Positions 1 to 9,554 of a DNA stretch of 64,000 nt are shown piece after piece. Origin of the DNA: a bacterium (GTDB lineage: Bacteria; Oederibacteriota; PGYV01). Location of the stretch: contig JAKQNO010000057.1 of the NCBI GenBank assembly GCA_029565735.1, positions 5,481 through 69,480 of the forward strand, given 5' to 3'. Each line of letters opens with the position of its first letter. Position 1 is the first letter of the stretch. The notes under the pieces are model-generated. The model saw only the letters and a program-made list of their open reading frames with translations. It was not told where the DNA came from and made no database searches. The position numbers and the translations under genes were made by a program.

Positions 1-458
1 CGCGGGTCAAGGGTGACCGCTTTTGTGGAAACGTCTTTTGGAAGTTCTTTTACCATGGCTTTATACGGCTGCTGCCTTATGCCAAACTCTTCCGCAAGGG
101 TCTGAAGTTCACAATTGCGGTTTCTTAAACAGGTCAGGCATTCATTAGGGTGTGTGGCCAGAATCAGGTCAAGCACGTTCTTTCTTACTTCAAAAAGTTC
201 TCCATCATGCGTTGTTATTTCCATGCCCGGTTCGGCCTTTGTGCAGCAGGCCCTTAAAAGTTTCCTGTTGTTTTTTACTTTTACAACACAGATTCCGCAG
301 GAAGCCGTGGCATCAAGATCCGGATGTTTGCAAAGCGTGGGTATTTTTACGTTAACCTTGCGCGCCGCATCAAGTATTGTTGTCCCTTCATATATAGAAA
401 CTTTTTCACCGTTTATAACAACATCTATCATTTTGCCTGTGTTAATTTCCTGTATCAT
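1..458 (-). CDS. [FeFe]-hydrogenase catalytic subunit (HydA/HndD-type), N-terminal part; runs off the left edge
   Basis: Not in the ORF track; translated by hand from ATG at 458 (GGAGG RBS): MIQEINTGKMIDVVINGEKV...IPTLCKHPDLDATASCGICVV...RACC...ATHPNECLTCLRNRNCEL. These are the 2Fe-2S and HxxxCxxCx5C motifs; the gene follows the NuoF-like gene. Confidence 0.85.
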   Translation of the reverse strand, partial: MIQEINTGKMIDVVINGEKVSIYEGTTILDAARKVNVKIPTLCKHPDLDATASCGICVVKVKNNRKLLRACCTKAEPGMEITTHDGELFEVRKNVLDLILATHPNECLTCLRNRNCELQTLAEEFGIRQQPYKAMVKELPKDVSTKAVTLDP

Positions 459-470
459 GTAAGTTCCTCC

Positions 471-2234
471 TTATCCTCTGCTCACGGCATTGAATTTGCA
501 TACCGCGTAGCATTCGCCGCACTTTATGCATTTTGATTGGTCTATTAAATAAGGCTTTCTCTTTTCCCCGCTGATACATGTTACAGGGCAGCGCTGGGCG
601 CAAAGGCCGCAGCCTATGCACTTGTCGCTGATTATTGTGTAAGATACAAGGTCCTTACATTTTCCGGTTGAACACTTTTTGCCTTTAATATGCTGCATGT
701 ATTCATCTTCAAAATACATCAGTGATGACATTACCGGATTTGGCGTTGTCTGTCCAAGCGCGCAAAGCGATGCTTTTTGCATAGCCATTGCAATACTTTT
801 GATTTTTTCCACGTCTTTTTCTTCCCCGTTACCTTTGGTGATTTTTTCAAGAATTTCAAGAATCTGCTTTCCGCCTATTCTGCACGGCGCGCACTTTCCG
901 CATGATTCATCCACAGAGAACTGAAGGTAAAATTTATTAACATCAACCATACAATCGTCTTCGTCCATTACAATAAGACCGCCGGAGCCCATAATAGAAC
1001 CTATAGACTGAAGCGTTTCATAATCCACCTGCATATCCAGGAATTTTTCCGGAATAACGCCGCCGGACGGGCCGCCCGTCTGAACAGCTTTATATTTTTT
1101 TCCGTTATTTATCCCGCCGCATATATCAAAAACAATTTCCCTGATTGTGGTGCCCATAGGAACTTCCACAAGGCCCGGATTTTTCACTTTTCCCGTAACG
1201 GCAAATACTTTGGTCCCTTTGGATTTTTCTGTTCCGATAGTCGCAAACCATGCTCCGCCTTTTTCAACAATAACGGGTATATTGGCCCATGTCTCTACGT
1301 TATTAATAAACGTGGGTTTGTTCCAAAGCCCTGAAACAGAAGGAAACGGCGGCCTTGGCCTTGGATTTCCCCTTTTGCCTTCAACAGAGGCGATTAAAGC
1401 GGTTTCTTCGCCGCATACAAACGCTCCCGCGCCCCATCTTAATTCAATGTCAAAACTGAAATCAGAACCAAGGATGTTTTTGCCAAGCAGCCCTTTTTCC
1501 CTTGCTGCTGTAAGCGCTTTTTCAAGCCTTTCAATTGCAAGCGGATATTCAGCCCTGATATATATGAAACCCTGGCTGCTTCCAATTGCATATCCGCCAA
1601 GTATCATTCCTTCTATTAAGTTGTGCGGATCGCCTTCCATTATGCTTCTGTCCATATAGGCACCGGGATCGCCTTCATCAGCATTACATATTACATACTT
1701 AACCGGGTCTTTTTCGCGCCTTGTAAGCTCCCACTTCAATCCGGTCGGAAAACCTGCGCCGCCCCTGCCCCTTAATCCCGAAGCTTTAACTTCGGCAATA
1801 AGCGAATCCGGAGTCATCGAGAATACCGCTTTTTCAACAGCGCTGTATCCGCCGCGCATAATATAATCTTCTATTGATTCCGGATTGATATATCCGGCAT
1901 TTCTTAATACTATCTTAAACTGCTTGCTCTGCGGGTCAGCTTCCGGAACTTTTGAATTCTTATTTCCGCACTCGCATGTAAATTTGCTTGTTTTGCCGTT
2001 TAACGCGTTGTCAATTATCGTTTCCACATCGGATTCGGCAAACCCTTTATAAATATTGCCTTCAGGCATAATTTTTACAACAGGCGTATCAGCGGTAAGG
2101 CCCAGAAAAAGGCTTTTTATGACTTCGGCTTTTTCCTGTAGATTTTTTTCGTTAATCACCTTTGAAAAAGCATTATACATCTGGTTTTGCTTTAACTTTT
2201 CCGGTTCCCAAACAAAGAAATATTTTTTATCCAT
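471..2234 (-). CDS. NADH-binding flavoprotein subunit of a multimeric [FeFe]-hydrogenase (HydB/HndC, NuoF-like)
   Basis: SGLRGRGGAGFPTG, CNADEGDPGAYMDR, GAGAFVCGEETAL, ESCGKCAPCR and C-terminal 2x[4Fe-4S] motifs. Confidence 0.93.
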   Translation of the reverse strand: MDKKYFFVWEPEKLKQNQMYNAFSKVINEKNLQEKAEVIKSLFLGLTADTPVVKIMPEGNIYKGFAESDVETIIDNALNGKTSKFTCECGNKNSKVPEADPQSKQFKIVLRNAGYINPESIEDYIMRGGYSAVEKAVFSMTPDSLIAEVKASGLRGRGGAGFPTGLKWELTRREKDPVKYVICNADEGDPGAYMDRSIMEGDPHNLIEGMILGGYAIGSSQGFIYIRAEYPLAIERLEKALTAAREKGLLGKNILGSDFSFDIELRWGAGAFVCGEETALIASVEGKRGNPRPRPPFPSVSGLWNKPTFINNVETWANIPVIVEKGGAWFATIGTEKSKGTKVFAVTGKVKNPGLVEVPMGTTIREIVFDICGGINNGKKYKAVQTGGPSGGVIPEKFLDMQVDYETLQSIGSIMGSGGLIVMDEDDCMVDVNKFYLQFSVDESCGKCAPCRIGGKQILEILEKITKGNGEEKDVEKIKSIAMAMQKASLCALGQTTPNPVMSSLMYFEDEYMQHIKGKKCSTGKCKDLVSYTIISDKCIGCGLCAQRCPVTCISGEKRKPYLIDQSKCIKCGECYAVCKFNAVSRG

Positions 2235-2626
2235 TATTTTGCCTCCGCTGCTTTAAAAATGTTCCTGCCCGTGTCTTTTGACGGCATAAAGATTACATTG
2301 CTTTTTAAAATATGTTTTTTCATAACATGTTCCGTAATAATGGAATGAGCCATTGTTTTATCAACGTTGCCATAAAAAATTTCCGGCATCCCTTCCACCT
2401 TTACAGAAAGGTTCGGTTCGCAGAAACACATTCCAAGGCATCCTGTTTTGCCAAGCGTTATATTGTTAATTCCGTTTGCTTTTAAAGTTTCTTCCATTTC
2501 TTTATAGACATCAAGAGCTCCGGCCGCAATTCCACAGGTGCCCATTGAAATCATAATTTCTCCGTTGCCGCTTTTTTTATAATTCTTTCTGAATTTTTCA
2601 AGGTCTCCCTTTGCCATTTTAGCCAT
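2234..2626 (-). CDS. Thioredoxin-like (2Fe-2S) ferredoxin subunit (HndB-like)
   Basis: MGTCGIAAGA and TGCLGMCFCEP motifs; lies between the NuoE-like and NuoF-like genes. Confidence 0.88.
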   Translation of the reverse strand: MAKMAKGDLEKFRKNYKKSGNGEIMISMGTCGIAAGALDVYKEMEETLKANGINNITLGKTGCLGMCFCEPNLSVKVEGMPEIFYGNVDKTMAHSIITEHVMKKHILKSNVIFMPSKDTGRNIFKAAEAK

Positions 2627-3122
2627 TTGCTTTGCCCTCCTCTTTATTTCTGTATTCCGCGAATATTTCAGGAAGCATATTCTTTTTAAGGTTCCCGTAA
2701 GTTTTGCCGTTTATAACCATAACAGGCGCCAGCCCGCAGCATCCCACGCAGCGTACCAATTCAAGCGAAAAAAGGCCGTCAGAACTGGTGGAATTTACAC
2801 CAACTCCAAGAAGCTGTTCTATTTCCGTTATAAGGTCATTGCCGCCCTTTAAGTAACAGGCAGTACCCATGCAGACGGAAATCTGGTTTTTGCCGGGTTT
2901 TTTAAGTTTAAATAGATGGTAAAAAGTTATAATTCCGTAAATTTTAGCCAAAGGAATACCTATTTCTCTTGATATTTCCATTGCAACTTCACGCGGCACA
3001 TAACCATATACTTCCTGTACTTTATGAAGTATCATAATTTCGCTGCCGGGCCTGCCTTTCCAAGTGTCAATAAAGCTGACAAGTTTTGAATCAAGTTCTA
3101 CAACTTTGCCGCTAATTGCCAT
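2619..3122 (-). CDS. NuoE-like 2Fe-2S subunit (HydC/HndA)
   Basis: VCMGTACYLKG and RCVGCCGLAPVMVIN motifs. Confidence 0.92.
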   Translation of the reverse strand: MAISGKVVELDSKLVSFIDTWKGRPGSEIMILHKVQEVYGYVPREVAMEISREIGIPLAKIYGIITFYHLFKLKKPGKNQISVCMGTACYLKGGNDLITEIEQLLGVGVNSTSSDGLFSLELVRCVGCCGLAPVMVINGKTYGNLKKNMLPEIFAEYRNKEEGKANG

Positions 3123-3149
3123 ACTATTACCTCCTGATATAATATAATA

Positions 3150-3228
3150 ATGTGAAAATTTTCACCCAACAATACCAAAATAAACATAACCGTTAAGTAA
3201 TTAACACCATTTGTGAAATCGTTCACTT
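3150..3228. promoter_or_regulatory. Three tandem Rex-like operator boxes in the hydrogenase operon leader
   Basis: ATGTGAA-AATT-TTCACCC (3150-3167), CCGTTAA-GTAA-TTAACAC (3190-3207) and TTGTGAA-ATCG-TTCACTT (3211-3228), compared with the Rex consensus TTGT(G/T)AA-N4-TT(C/A)ACAA. Confidence 0.7.
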
Positions 3229-3307
3229 GGACATACAAAAAAAAGTAAATTTAAGCGCATTTTTTTAAGTCAAAAAGAACTATAATAACTATATGTTATT
3301 TAGACTT

Positions 3308-3380
3308 ATTATATACACCCTGCCTTATTTTTTGTCAATATAAAAATATATTTGACATTTTTTTATTAACACGCATAATA
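3308..3380. promoter_or_regulatory. Back-to-back sigma70-type promoters (hydrogenase operon leftward, tetR rightward)
   Basis: TTGACA on the minus strand (3333-3338) with TATATA/TATAAT 17-19 nt downstream; TTGACA on the plus strand (3352-3357) with CATAAT 16 nt downstream. Confidence 0.5.
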
Positions 3381-3417
3381 TACCGGTATTTTTGAAATAC
3401 AATTTCAAGGAGAAAAA

Positions 3418-4062
3418 ATGAGCAACACGCAGAACAATAAAAAGATTACAGCCAAAGGGCGCGAAACAAAAGATAAAATATTCAGGACAGCCGTTGAATT
3501 ATTTTCAAAAAACGGATTTTACGGGGTTTCCATAAGGGATATAACATCCGCTATAAATATTAAAGAAAGCTCCCTTTACCATCACTATTTAAGCAAAGAA
3601 GACCTTATTAATGACATATATTTTTATTTTGCGGAAAATATAGACGCAACAAGATTAACCGACGCGCAGATCGATTCAATACTTGCGGAACACGACGGCC
3701 ATTCCCTTCTGCAAAAATGCCTTCAGGAATTCAGGGGCGTTATGGAACAGCCTTTGATGGCAATGGCATGGCGCATTATTTCAATGCAGCAATACAGGGA
3801 TGATAAAGCCTTTGAAATTCTTTCCATTGATTTTCACAGGATGCGTATTAAGTACTATGAAAATATTTTCAGGACGCTTGTAAAAAGAAGAATTATTAAA
3901 GCCCTTGATCCCAAGCTTCTTGCCTTTGAATACTTCTATACCCTGATCGGAATGCTGACAGAATACAATGTACTTAAATTTCTTAAAAGAAAAACACAGG
4001 TAATGGAAAATCTTATGAACGAACACATTGAATTTTTCTGGAATAAGATTAAGAACAGCTGA
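3418..4062 (+). CDS. TetR/AcrR family transcriptional regulator
   Basis: N-terminal HTH: TKDKIFRTAVELFSKNGFYGVSIRDIT...SLYHHYLSKEDL. Confidence 0.92.
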   Translation: MSNTQNNKKITAKGRETKDKIFRTAVELFSKNGFYGVSIRDITSAINIKESSLYHHYLSKEDLINDIYFYFAENIDATRLTDAQIDSILAEHDGHSLLQKCLQEFRGVMEQPLMAMAWRIISMQQYRDDKAFEILSIDFHRMRIKYYENIFRTLVKRRIIKALDPKLLAFEYFYTLIGMLTEYNVLKFLKRKTQVMENLMNEHIEFFWNKIKNS

Positions 4063-4136
4063 CAGTTTACAACTGACAACTGACAACTTACAGCTGCTAC
4101 CTGCTACTTGTTACCTGTCACTTATCCCTTGTTAAC
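4060..4136. repeat. Degenerate heptamer tandem array (about 11 in-phase units)
   Basis: tgacagt ttacaac tgacaac tgacaac ttacagc tgctacc tgctact tgttacc tgtcact tatccct tgttaac; fills the gap between two convergent stop codons. Confidence 0.85.
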
Positions 4137-4139
4137 TTT

Positions 4140-4499
4140 CTACAGCCCTTTACAGTACTTTTTTACCCTGTTCAATTCCCTTTTATCCTTTATAATCCCG
4201 GGCCAAATGGGAAAAGAGGAACATTGAAAAGGCCGAACGGAGTAAATGGAACATTTATTATTTTTTAGAAAAATACAGGAGCCTTCATCAGTCCATTTTA
4301 AAGTCCTGCCCTGCCACAAGAACCACATGGTATATTGCTTTTTAAACTCTTTCAGTGAAAGGGATAAAAAATCAGCTATTTTTTTTGCTTCGCCGCTCTT
4401 TAAATAAACAAAACCCACCCTGCAGCATCTCCCGCATTGTACGCAGGAAAATTTTATGCTTATCCCGGCCATTCTTTTTTTTATGGTTTCTTTTCTCAT
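4140..4499 (-). CDS. YkgJ family cysteine-cluster protein
   Basis: FSCVQCGRCC...CIFL...CSIYSVRPFQCSSFP. Confidence 0.85.
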   Translation of the reverse strand: MRKETIKKRMAGISIKFSCVQCGRCCRVGFVYLKSGEAKKIADFLSLSLKEFKKQYTMWFLWQGRTLKWTDEGSCIFLKNNKCSIYSVRPFQCSSFPIWPGIIKDKRELNRVKKYCKGL

Positions 4500-4528
4500 T
4501 ATAATTTTACGCTTTAAGGCGGGAATTG

Positions 4529-5359
4529 TTATGCGGATTCGCGAATGACGATTTCCGGGCGAAAAACTTTTTTTATCGGATTTAAAAGTGAACTTTCTTT
4601 TTCATCAGAGGCCATTATATATGCATTTACCGCCATTTCTTCTATCGGCTGCCTGATTGTGGTCAGAGCAGGCTTACATGTTTTTGCAGCGTCAATATCA
4701 TCATAACCTATAAGAGCTATATTACCCGGGACAGCCAGTTTAAGCTCCCTAATTGATTTTAAAATACCCATTGCGCACATATCGCCGGCGGCGCAGAATA
4801 CCGCGTCCGGCTGTATTCCATCGGCGGCAAATTTCAGCATCGCCTCCGCGCCTTCGTTATATGAATAACTTATTACTTCAGCAAGAAATTTCTGATTAAA
4901 TCCCAGATTATTTTCCTTTAAGGCCTGAATAAATCCTGCATAACGTTTTTTGGCGTTAAATCCGCCTTCAACGTTCATTCTTCCCGATACGATAGCAATA
5001 TTCTTTCTTCCTGACTTTGCAAGATAACTGCCCGCTATATAACCTCCTGCAAGGTTATCGGTCGTTACCGTAGATGCGCCTTCGCATTCCGCGTCAATTA
5101 AAATTACAGGAATCTTTTTAGACCTGTATTCGGCAACAATTGAAGGCGGAACATCAATACTGACGCCAATTAACGCGGAAGGCCTTATTTTATCAAGCGA
5201 CTTTAAAAGTTTATCGTTTCCGTCAGCCATCCCATATGTCTGAAGCCTTGCAATATTCTGGCCCGGTTTTACGCACTTGGAAATATATGCCAGAACCTGC
5301 GAAGGAAATGTATGCGCAAAGTTTGCCGCAGCAACAGCTATTACAGAATCATCAGCCAT
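4529..5359 (-). CDS. LacI-family effector/substrate-binding domain protein without HTH
   Basis: DNLAGGYIAGSYL, DAVFCAAGDMCAMG, IALIGYDDI and PALTTIRQP; no N-terminal HTH. Confidence 0.8.
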   Translation of the reverse strand: MADDSVIAVAAANFAHTFPSQVLAYISKCVKPGQNIARLQTYGMADGNDKLLKSLDKIRPSALIGVSIDVPPSIVAEYRSKKIPVILIDAECEGASTVTTDNLAGGYIAGSYLAKSGRKNIAIVSGRMNVEGGFNAKKRYAGFIQALKENNLGFNQKFLAEVISYSYNEGAEAMLKFAADGIQPDAVFCAAGDMCAMGILKSIRELKLAVPGNIALIGYDDIDAAKTCKPALTTIRQPIEEMAVNAYIMASDEKESSLLNPIKKVFRPEIVIRESA

Positions 5360-5383
5360 GTTTTCTCCGTTTATAAACAGTAA

Positions 5384-6820
5384 TTATTTTAGAATACTGC
5401 TTTTTATATAATTATCAATTCCCTTTGCGGCTTTTTTTCCGGCTCCCATTGCCGCTATAACGGTTGAAGAACCTGTGGAAATATCGCCGCCGGCAAATAT
5501 CCCCGGAAGCGAAGTCGCGCCTGTTTCCGCGTCAGCTTCTATATATCCCCATTTATTAAGTTTTAACCCGGCAACATCAGACGTCATAAGCTTGTTGGCT
5601 TTTGTTCCAAGCGCCGATATAACAGTATCAACCTCTATTTCAAATTCAGAGCCCGGTACTGTTACGGGTTTTCTTCTGCCGGATTCATCCGGCTCGCCAA
5701 GCTGCATTTTAATACACTTTATGGATTTTACCCAGCCCTGCTCATTTTCAATTACCGCGACAGGGTTGGTAAGAAGTTTAAAAATAACGCCTTCTTCTTT
5801 TGCGCGTTCTTTTTCTTCTGTCCTTGCGGGCATTTCGTCTTCAGAGCGCCTGTATATGATGTAAACATCTTCAACACCCGGCAGCCTGCGCGACCATCTT
5901 GCAGCATCCATTGCCACGTTGCCGGCGCCCACAACAGCCACTTTTTTACCAAGTTTTGCAGGCGTGTCGTATTCCGGAAACCTGTAAGCTTTCATGGCAT
6001 TTATCCTTGTTAAAAATTCATTAGCGGAATACACGCCTTTTGCCTGCTCCCCCGGTATTCCAAGAAACATTGGTGTTCCTGCGCCTACGCCGATAAAAAG
6101 CGCTTTATATCCAAGTTTAAATATGTCATCCACGGTATATGATTTTCCCACCGCCACATTAAGCTTAAATTCAACGCCAAGGCTTTTTAAATAATCAACT
6201 TCCCTTTGAACTATTGTCTTGGGCAGGCGGAATTCCGGAATACCGTAAATTAAAACGCCGCCTGCAAGGTGCATGGCTTCAAAAACTACGGGTGAATAAC
6301 CCATTTTCGCAAGATCCCCGGCAACTGTAAGGCCTGCCGGTCCCGCGCCTGCGACAGCAATTTTAACCGGTTTGCCGTCTTTATCCTTAATTTTTTCAAC
6401 TGAAACAGCCGCAGGTTTTGAATTCTGAGCTTCCCAGTCCGCGGCAAAACGTTCCAGCGCGCCTATGTTGATGGGATTTTTTGTCTTTTGCATTACGCAT
6501 GCAAGCTCACACTGTTCTTCCTGAGGGCATACCCTTCCGCATACGGCAGGCAGGCTTGAATCTATTTTTATGGTATCAATGGCAGCTTTATAATTTTTTT
6601 CCGCAATGTGGCCGATGAATTTTTTAATATTGATATTTACAGGGCATCCCGCAATGCATGTTGGATTTTTGCACTGAAGGCAGCGGCTTGCTTCTTCAAT
6701 TGCTTCTTCTTCATTATATCCAAAAGGCACTTCGTTAAAATTCTTTATCCTGTCCGCGGATTCCTGCTGCCTGACTTTAATACGCGGCCTTTTTGTTTTT
6801 GGAATATTATTTTCTGCCAT
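5384..6820 (-). CDS. nfnB: NfnB/SudA-like flavoprotein (GltD-like subunit of electron-bifurcating transhydrogenase)
   Basis: EASRCLQC...CIAGCPV, GRVCPQEEQCE, GAGPAGL and GAGNVAMDAAR; start moved to MAENN at 6820; paired with an nfnA-like gene. Confidence 0.8.
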   Translation of the reverse strand: MAENNIPKTKRPRIKVRQQESADRIKNFNEVPFGYNEEEAIEEASRCLQCKNPTCIAGCPVNINIKKFIGHIAEKNYKAAIDTIKIDSSLPAVCGRVCPQEEQCELACVMQKTKNPINIGALERFAADWEAQNSKPAAVSVEKIKDKDGKPVKIAVAGAGPAGLTVAGDLAKMGYSPVVFEAMHLAGGVLIYGIPEFRLPKTIVQREVDYLKSLGVEFKLNVAVGKSYTVDDIFKLGYKALFIGVGAGTPMFLGIPGEQAKGVYSANEFLTRINAMKAYRFPEYDTPAKLGKKVAVVGAGNVAMDAARWSRRLPGVEDVYIIYRRSEDEMPARTEEKERAKEEGVIFKLLTNPVAVIENEQGWVKSIKCIKMQLGEPDESGRRKPVTVPGSEFEIEVDTVISALGTKANKLMTSDVAGLKLNKWGYIEADAETGATSLPGIFAGGDISTGSSTVIAAMGAGKKAAKGIDNYIKSSILK

Positions 6821-7667
6821 CGAAAGCCTCCTTGATTCCTTTATCAAGCCTGCAGTGGTGGTCAGCCGATGTTTTTTCCTCATCTTTATATGCCGCAAGC
6901 CTGCTTGTAAGCTGGTTAAAATCAACTTTATGCCCGTCAAAATCAGGGCCGTCCACGCACGCGAACTTTACTTCGCCGCCCACCGTCACCCTGCATCCTC
7001 CGCACATTCCGGTCGCGTCAACCATCATTGCGTTTAAGCTTACCACGGTCGGTACATTGTATGTTTTTGTAAGTTCTGACACGGCTTTCATCATAACAAC
7101 AGGCCCTACCGCCACTACAAGATCCGGCCTGTTTTCGCTTTCTATAAGATTCTTCAGGATGTCGGTTACAAAACCTTTCTGCCCGGCAGAGCCGTCGTTT
7201 GTCGCAAGCAATAGTTCATCAGAAACAGATTTCATTTCTTCTTCAAGTATCACAAGGTCTTTTGTCCTGTATCCTATAATAGAAAAAACTTTGTTGCCGT
7301 CCTGTTTTAACTGCCTTGCTATCGGGAAGATGGCGGGAACGCCCACTCCGCCGCCGACGACAGCCACTTTACCGTATTTTTTTGAATGAAAGTGCTTTCC
7401 AAACGGGCCGGCCACCGCGTAAATATTATCGCCGACATTTAATTTTCCAAGTTTGATCGTTGACAGTCCAATCTCCTGGAATATCATATATAATATGCCT
7501 TTTTCCCTGTTCCAGTCGTAAATTGTCAAAGGTATTCTTTCGCCTTTTTCATCCGGGATAACAACAAAAAAGTTGCCTGCTTTCGCGTTAAAAACCACGT
7601 CAGGCGCTTCAACTGCCAGCATTTTTATATCTTTTGTCAGTGCTTTTTTTTCAACAATTTTATACAT
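6807..7667 (-). CDS. nfnA: NfnA/SudB-like FAD/2Fe-2S subunit
   Basis: GERIPLTI, GGGVGVP, MVDATGMCGGCRV and FACVDGPDFDGH. Confidence 0.85.
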   Translation of the reverse strand: MYKIVEKKALTKDIKMLAVEAPDVVFNAKAGNFFVVIPDEKGERIPLTIYDWNREKGILYMIFQEIGLSTIKLGKLNVGDNIYAVAGPFGKHFHSKKYGKVAVVGGGVGVPAIFPIARQLKQDGNKVFSIIGYRTKDLVILEEEMKSVSDELLLATNDGSAGQKGFVTDILKNLIESENRPDLVVAVGPVVMMKAVSELTKTYNVPTVVSLNAMMVDATGMCGGCRVTVGGEVKFACVDGPDFDGHKVDFNQLTSRLAAYKDEEKTSADHHCRLDKGIKEAFDGRK

Positions 7668-7688
7668 TTAAACCTCCGGATATCTTTT

Positions 7689-7721
7689 AAAAAAATGGGG
7701 GGTGTTTCCACCCCCCATTTT
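7689..7721 (-). terminator. Intrinsic terminator after gdhA
   Basis: Minus strand AAAATGGGGGGTG-GAAA-CACCCCCCATTTTTTT. Confidence 0.75.
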
Positions 7722-7734
7722 AAATACATCTGTC

Positions 7735-9105
<1,371 letters not shown>

Positions 9106-9109
9106 TTAC

Positions 9110-9182
9110 GCAGCAGCATTGCCGCAGGCACATCGGTGTGCCGGCTAAGATATTTTAGCGCGAAAAGATACGCCCTTGTATC
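9110..9182 (-). promoter_or_regulatory. ANTAR-type RNA hairpins in the gdhA 5' leader
   Basis: Minus strand GATAC-AAGGGC-GTATC, GGCAC-ACCGAT-GTGCC and GCGGC-AATGCT-GCTGC; all have hexaloops with A1/G4 closed by C-G. Confidence 0.7.
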
Positions 9183-9207
9183 CAAACGCTTTTTTTACAA
9201 TTGGTAA

Positions 9208-9235
9208 ATTATAACAAAATATAAAAAACATTCAA
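9208..9235 (-). promoter_or_regulatory. sigma70-type promoter for gdhA
   Basis: TTGAAT-16nt-TATAAT with an extended TGn. Confidence 0.6.
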
Positions 9236-9247
9236 GAAAAGTTTATG

Positions 9248-9317
9248 GGCGGAAGGCAGAAGGTCGGAAGGTCGGTGGGTCGGTGGGTCGGAGGGTCGGA
9301 GGGTCGGAGAGTCAGAC
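9248..9317 (+). repeat. Octamer tandem array GGTCGG(A/T)(A/G) x6 plus degenerate flanks
   Basis: ggcggaa ggcagaa ggtcggaa ggtcggtg ggtcggtg ggtcggag ggtcggag ggtcggag agtcagac. Confidence 0.9.
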
Positions 9318-9328
9318 ATTTCGTTTTG

Positions 9329-9491
9329 GTAGCCGCGGGCTTTAGCCCGGGGCAGTTGATTTAGTTTTGATTTTGAAGGTTTTGTTCCGGTAGACGCAGG
9401 TCTTCAGTCCGCAAGATTCTGATATGGTTTGCAAATCATTAAATAATCATTCCAAAAAAACCAACTGCCGCGCCTTAAAAGGTGCTCCTGC
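9329..9491. repeat. Cluster of GTAG-led REP-like palindromes
   Basis: GTAGCCGCGGGCTTTAGCCCG (9329), GTAGACGCAGGTCTTCAGTCCGC (9390) and an inverted copy GCAGGAGCACCTTTTAAGGCGCGGC (9467-9491, minus). Confidence 0.55.
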
Positions 9492-9554
9492 CAAACCTTT
9501 ATTTAATATTTCGCTTATGCTTAATTGCTTATCTGCTTATAGTTTATGCTTTAA

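Noticed and set aside
4060-4136. CRISPR array, here or at the 9.3-kb and 24.7-kb repeats
   Set aside because: Units are 7-9 bp and contiguous with no spacers; no cas genes.
5384-6820. Glutamate synthase small subunit gltD
   Set aside because: No gltB nearby and the partner is an NfnA/SudB-type gene, so NfnAB fits better. The ORF-track start at 6940 overlaps nfnA too far.
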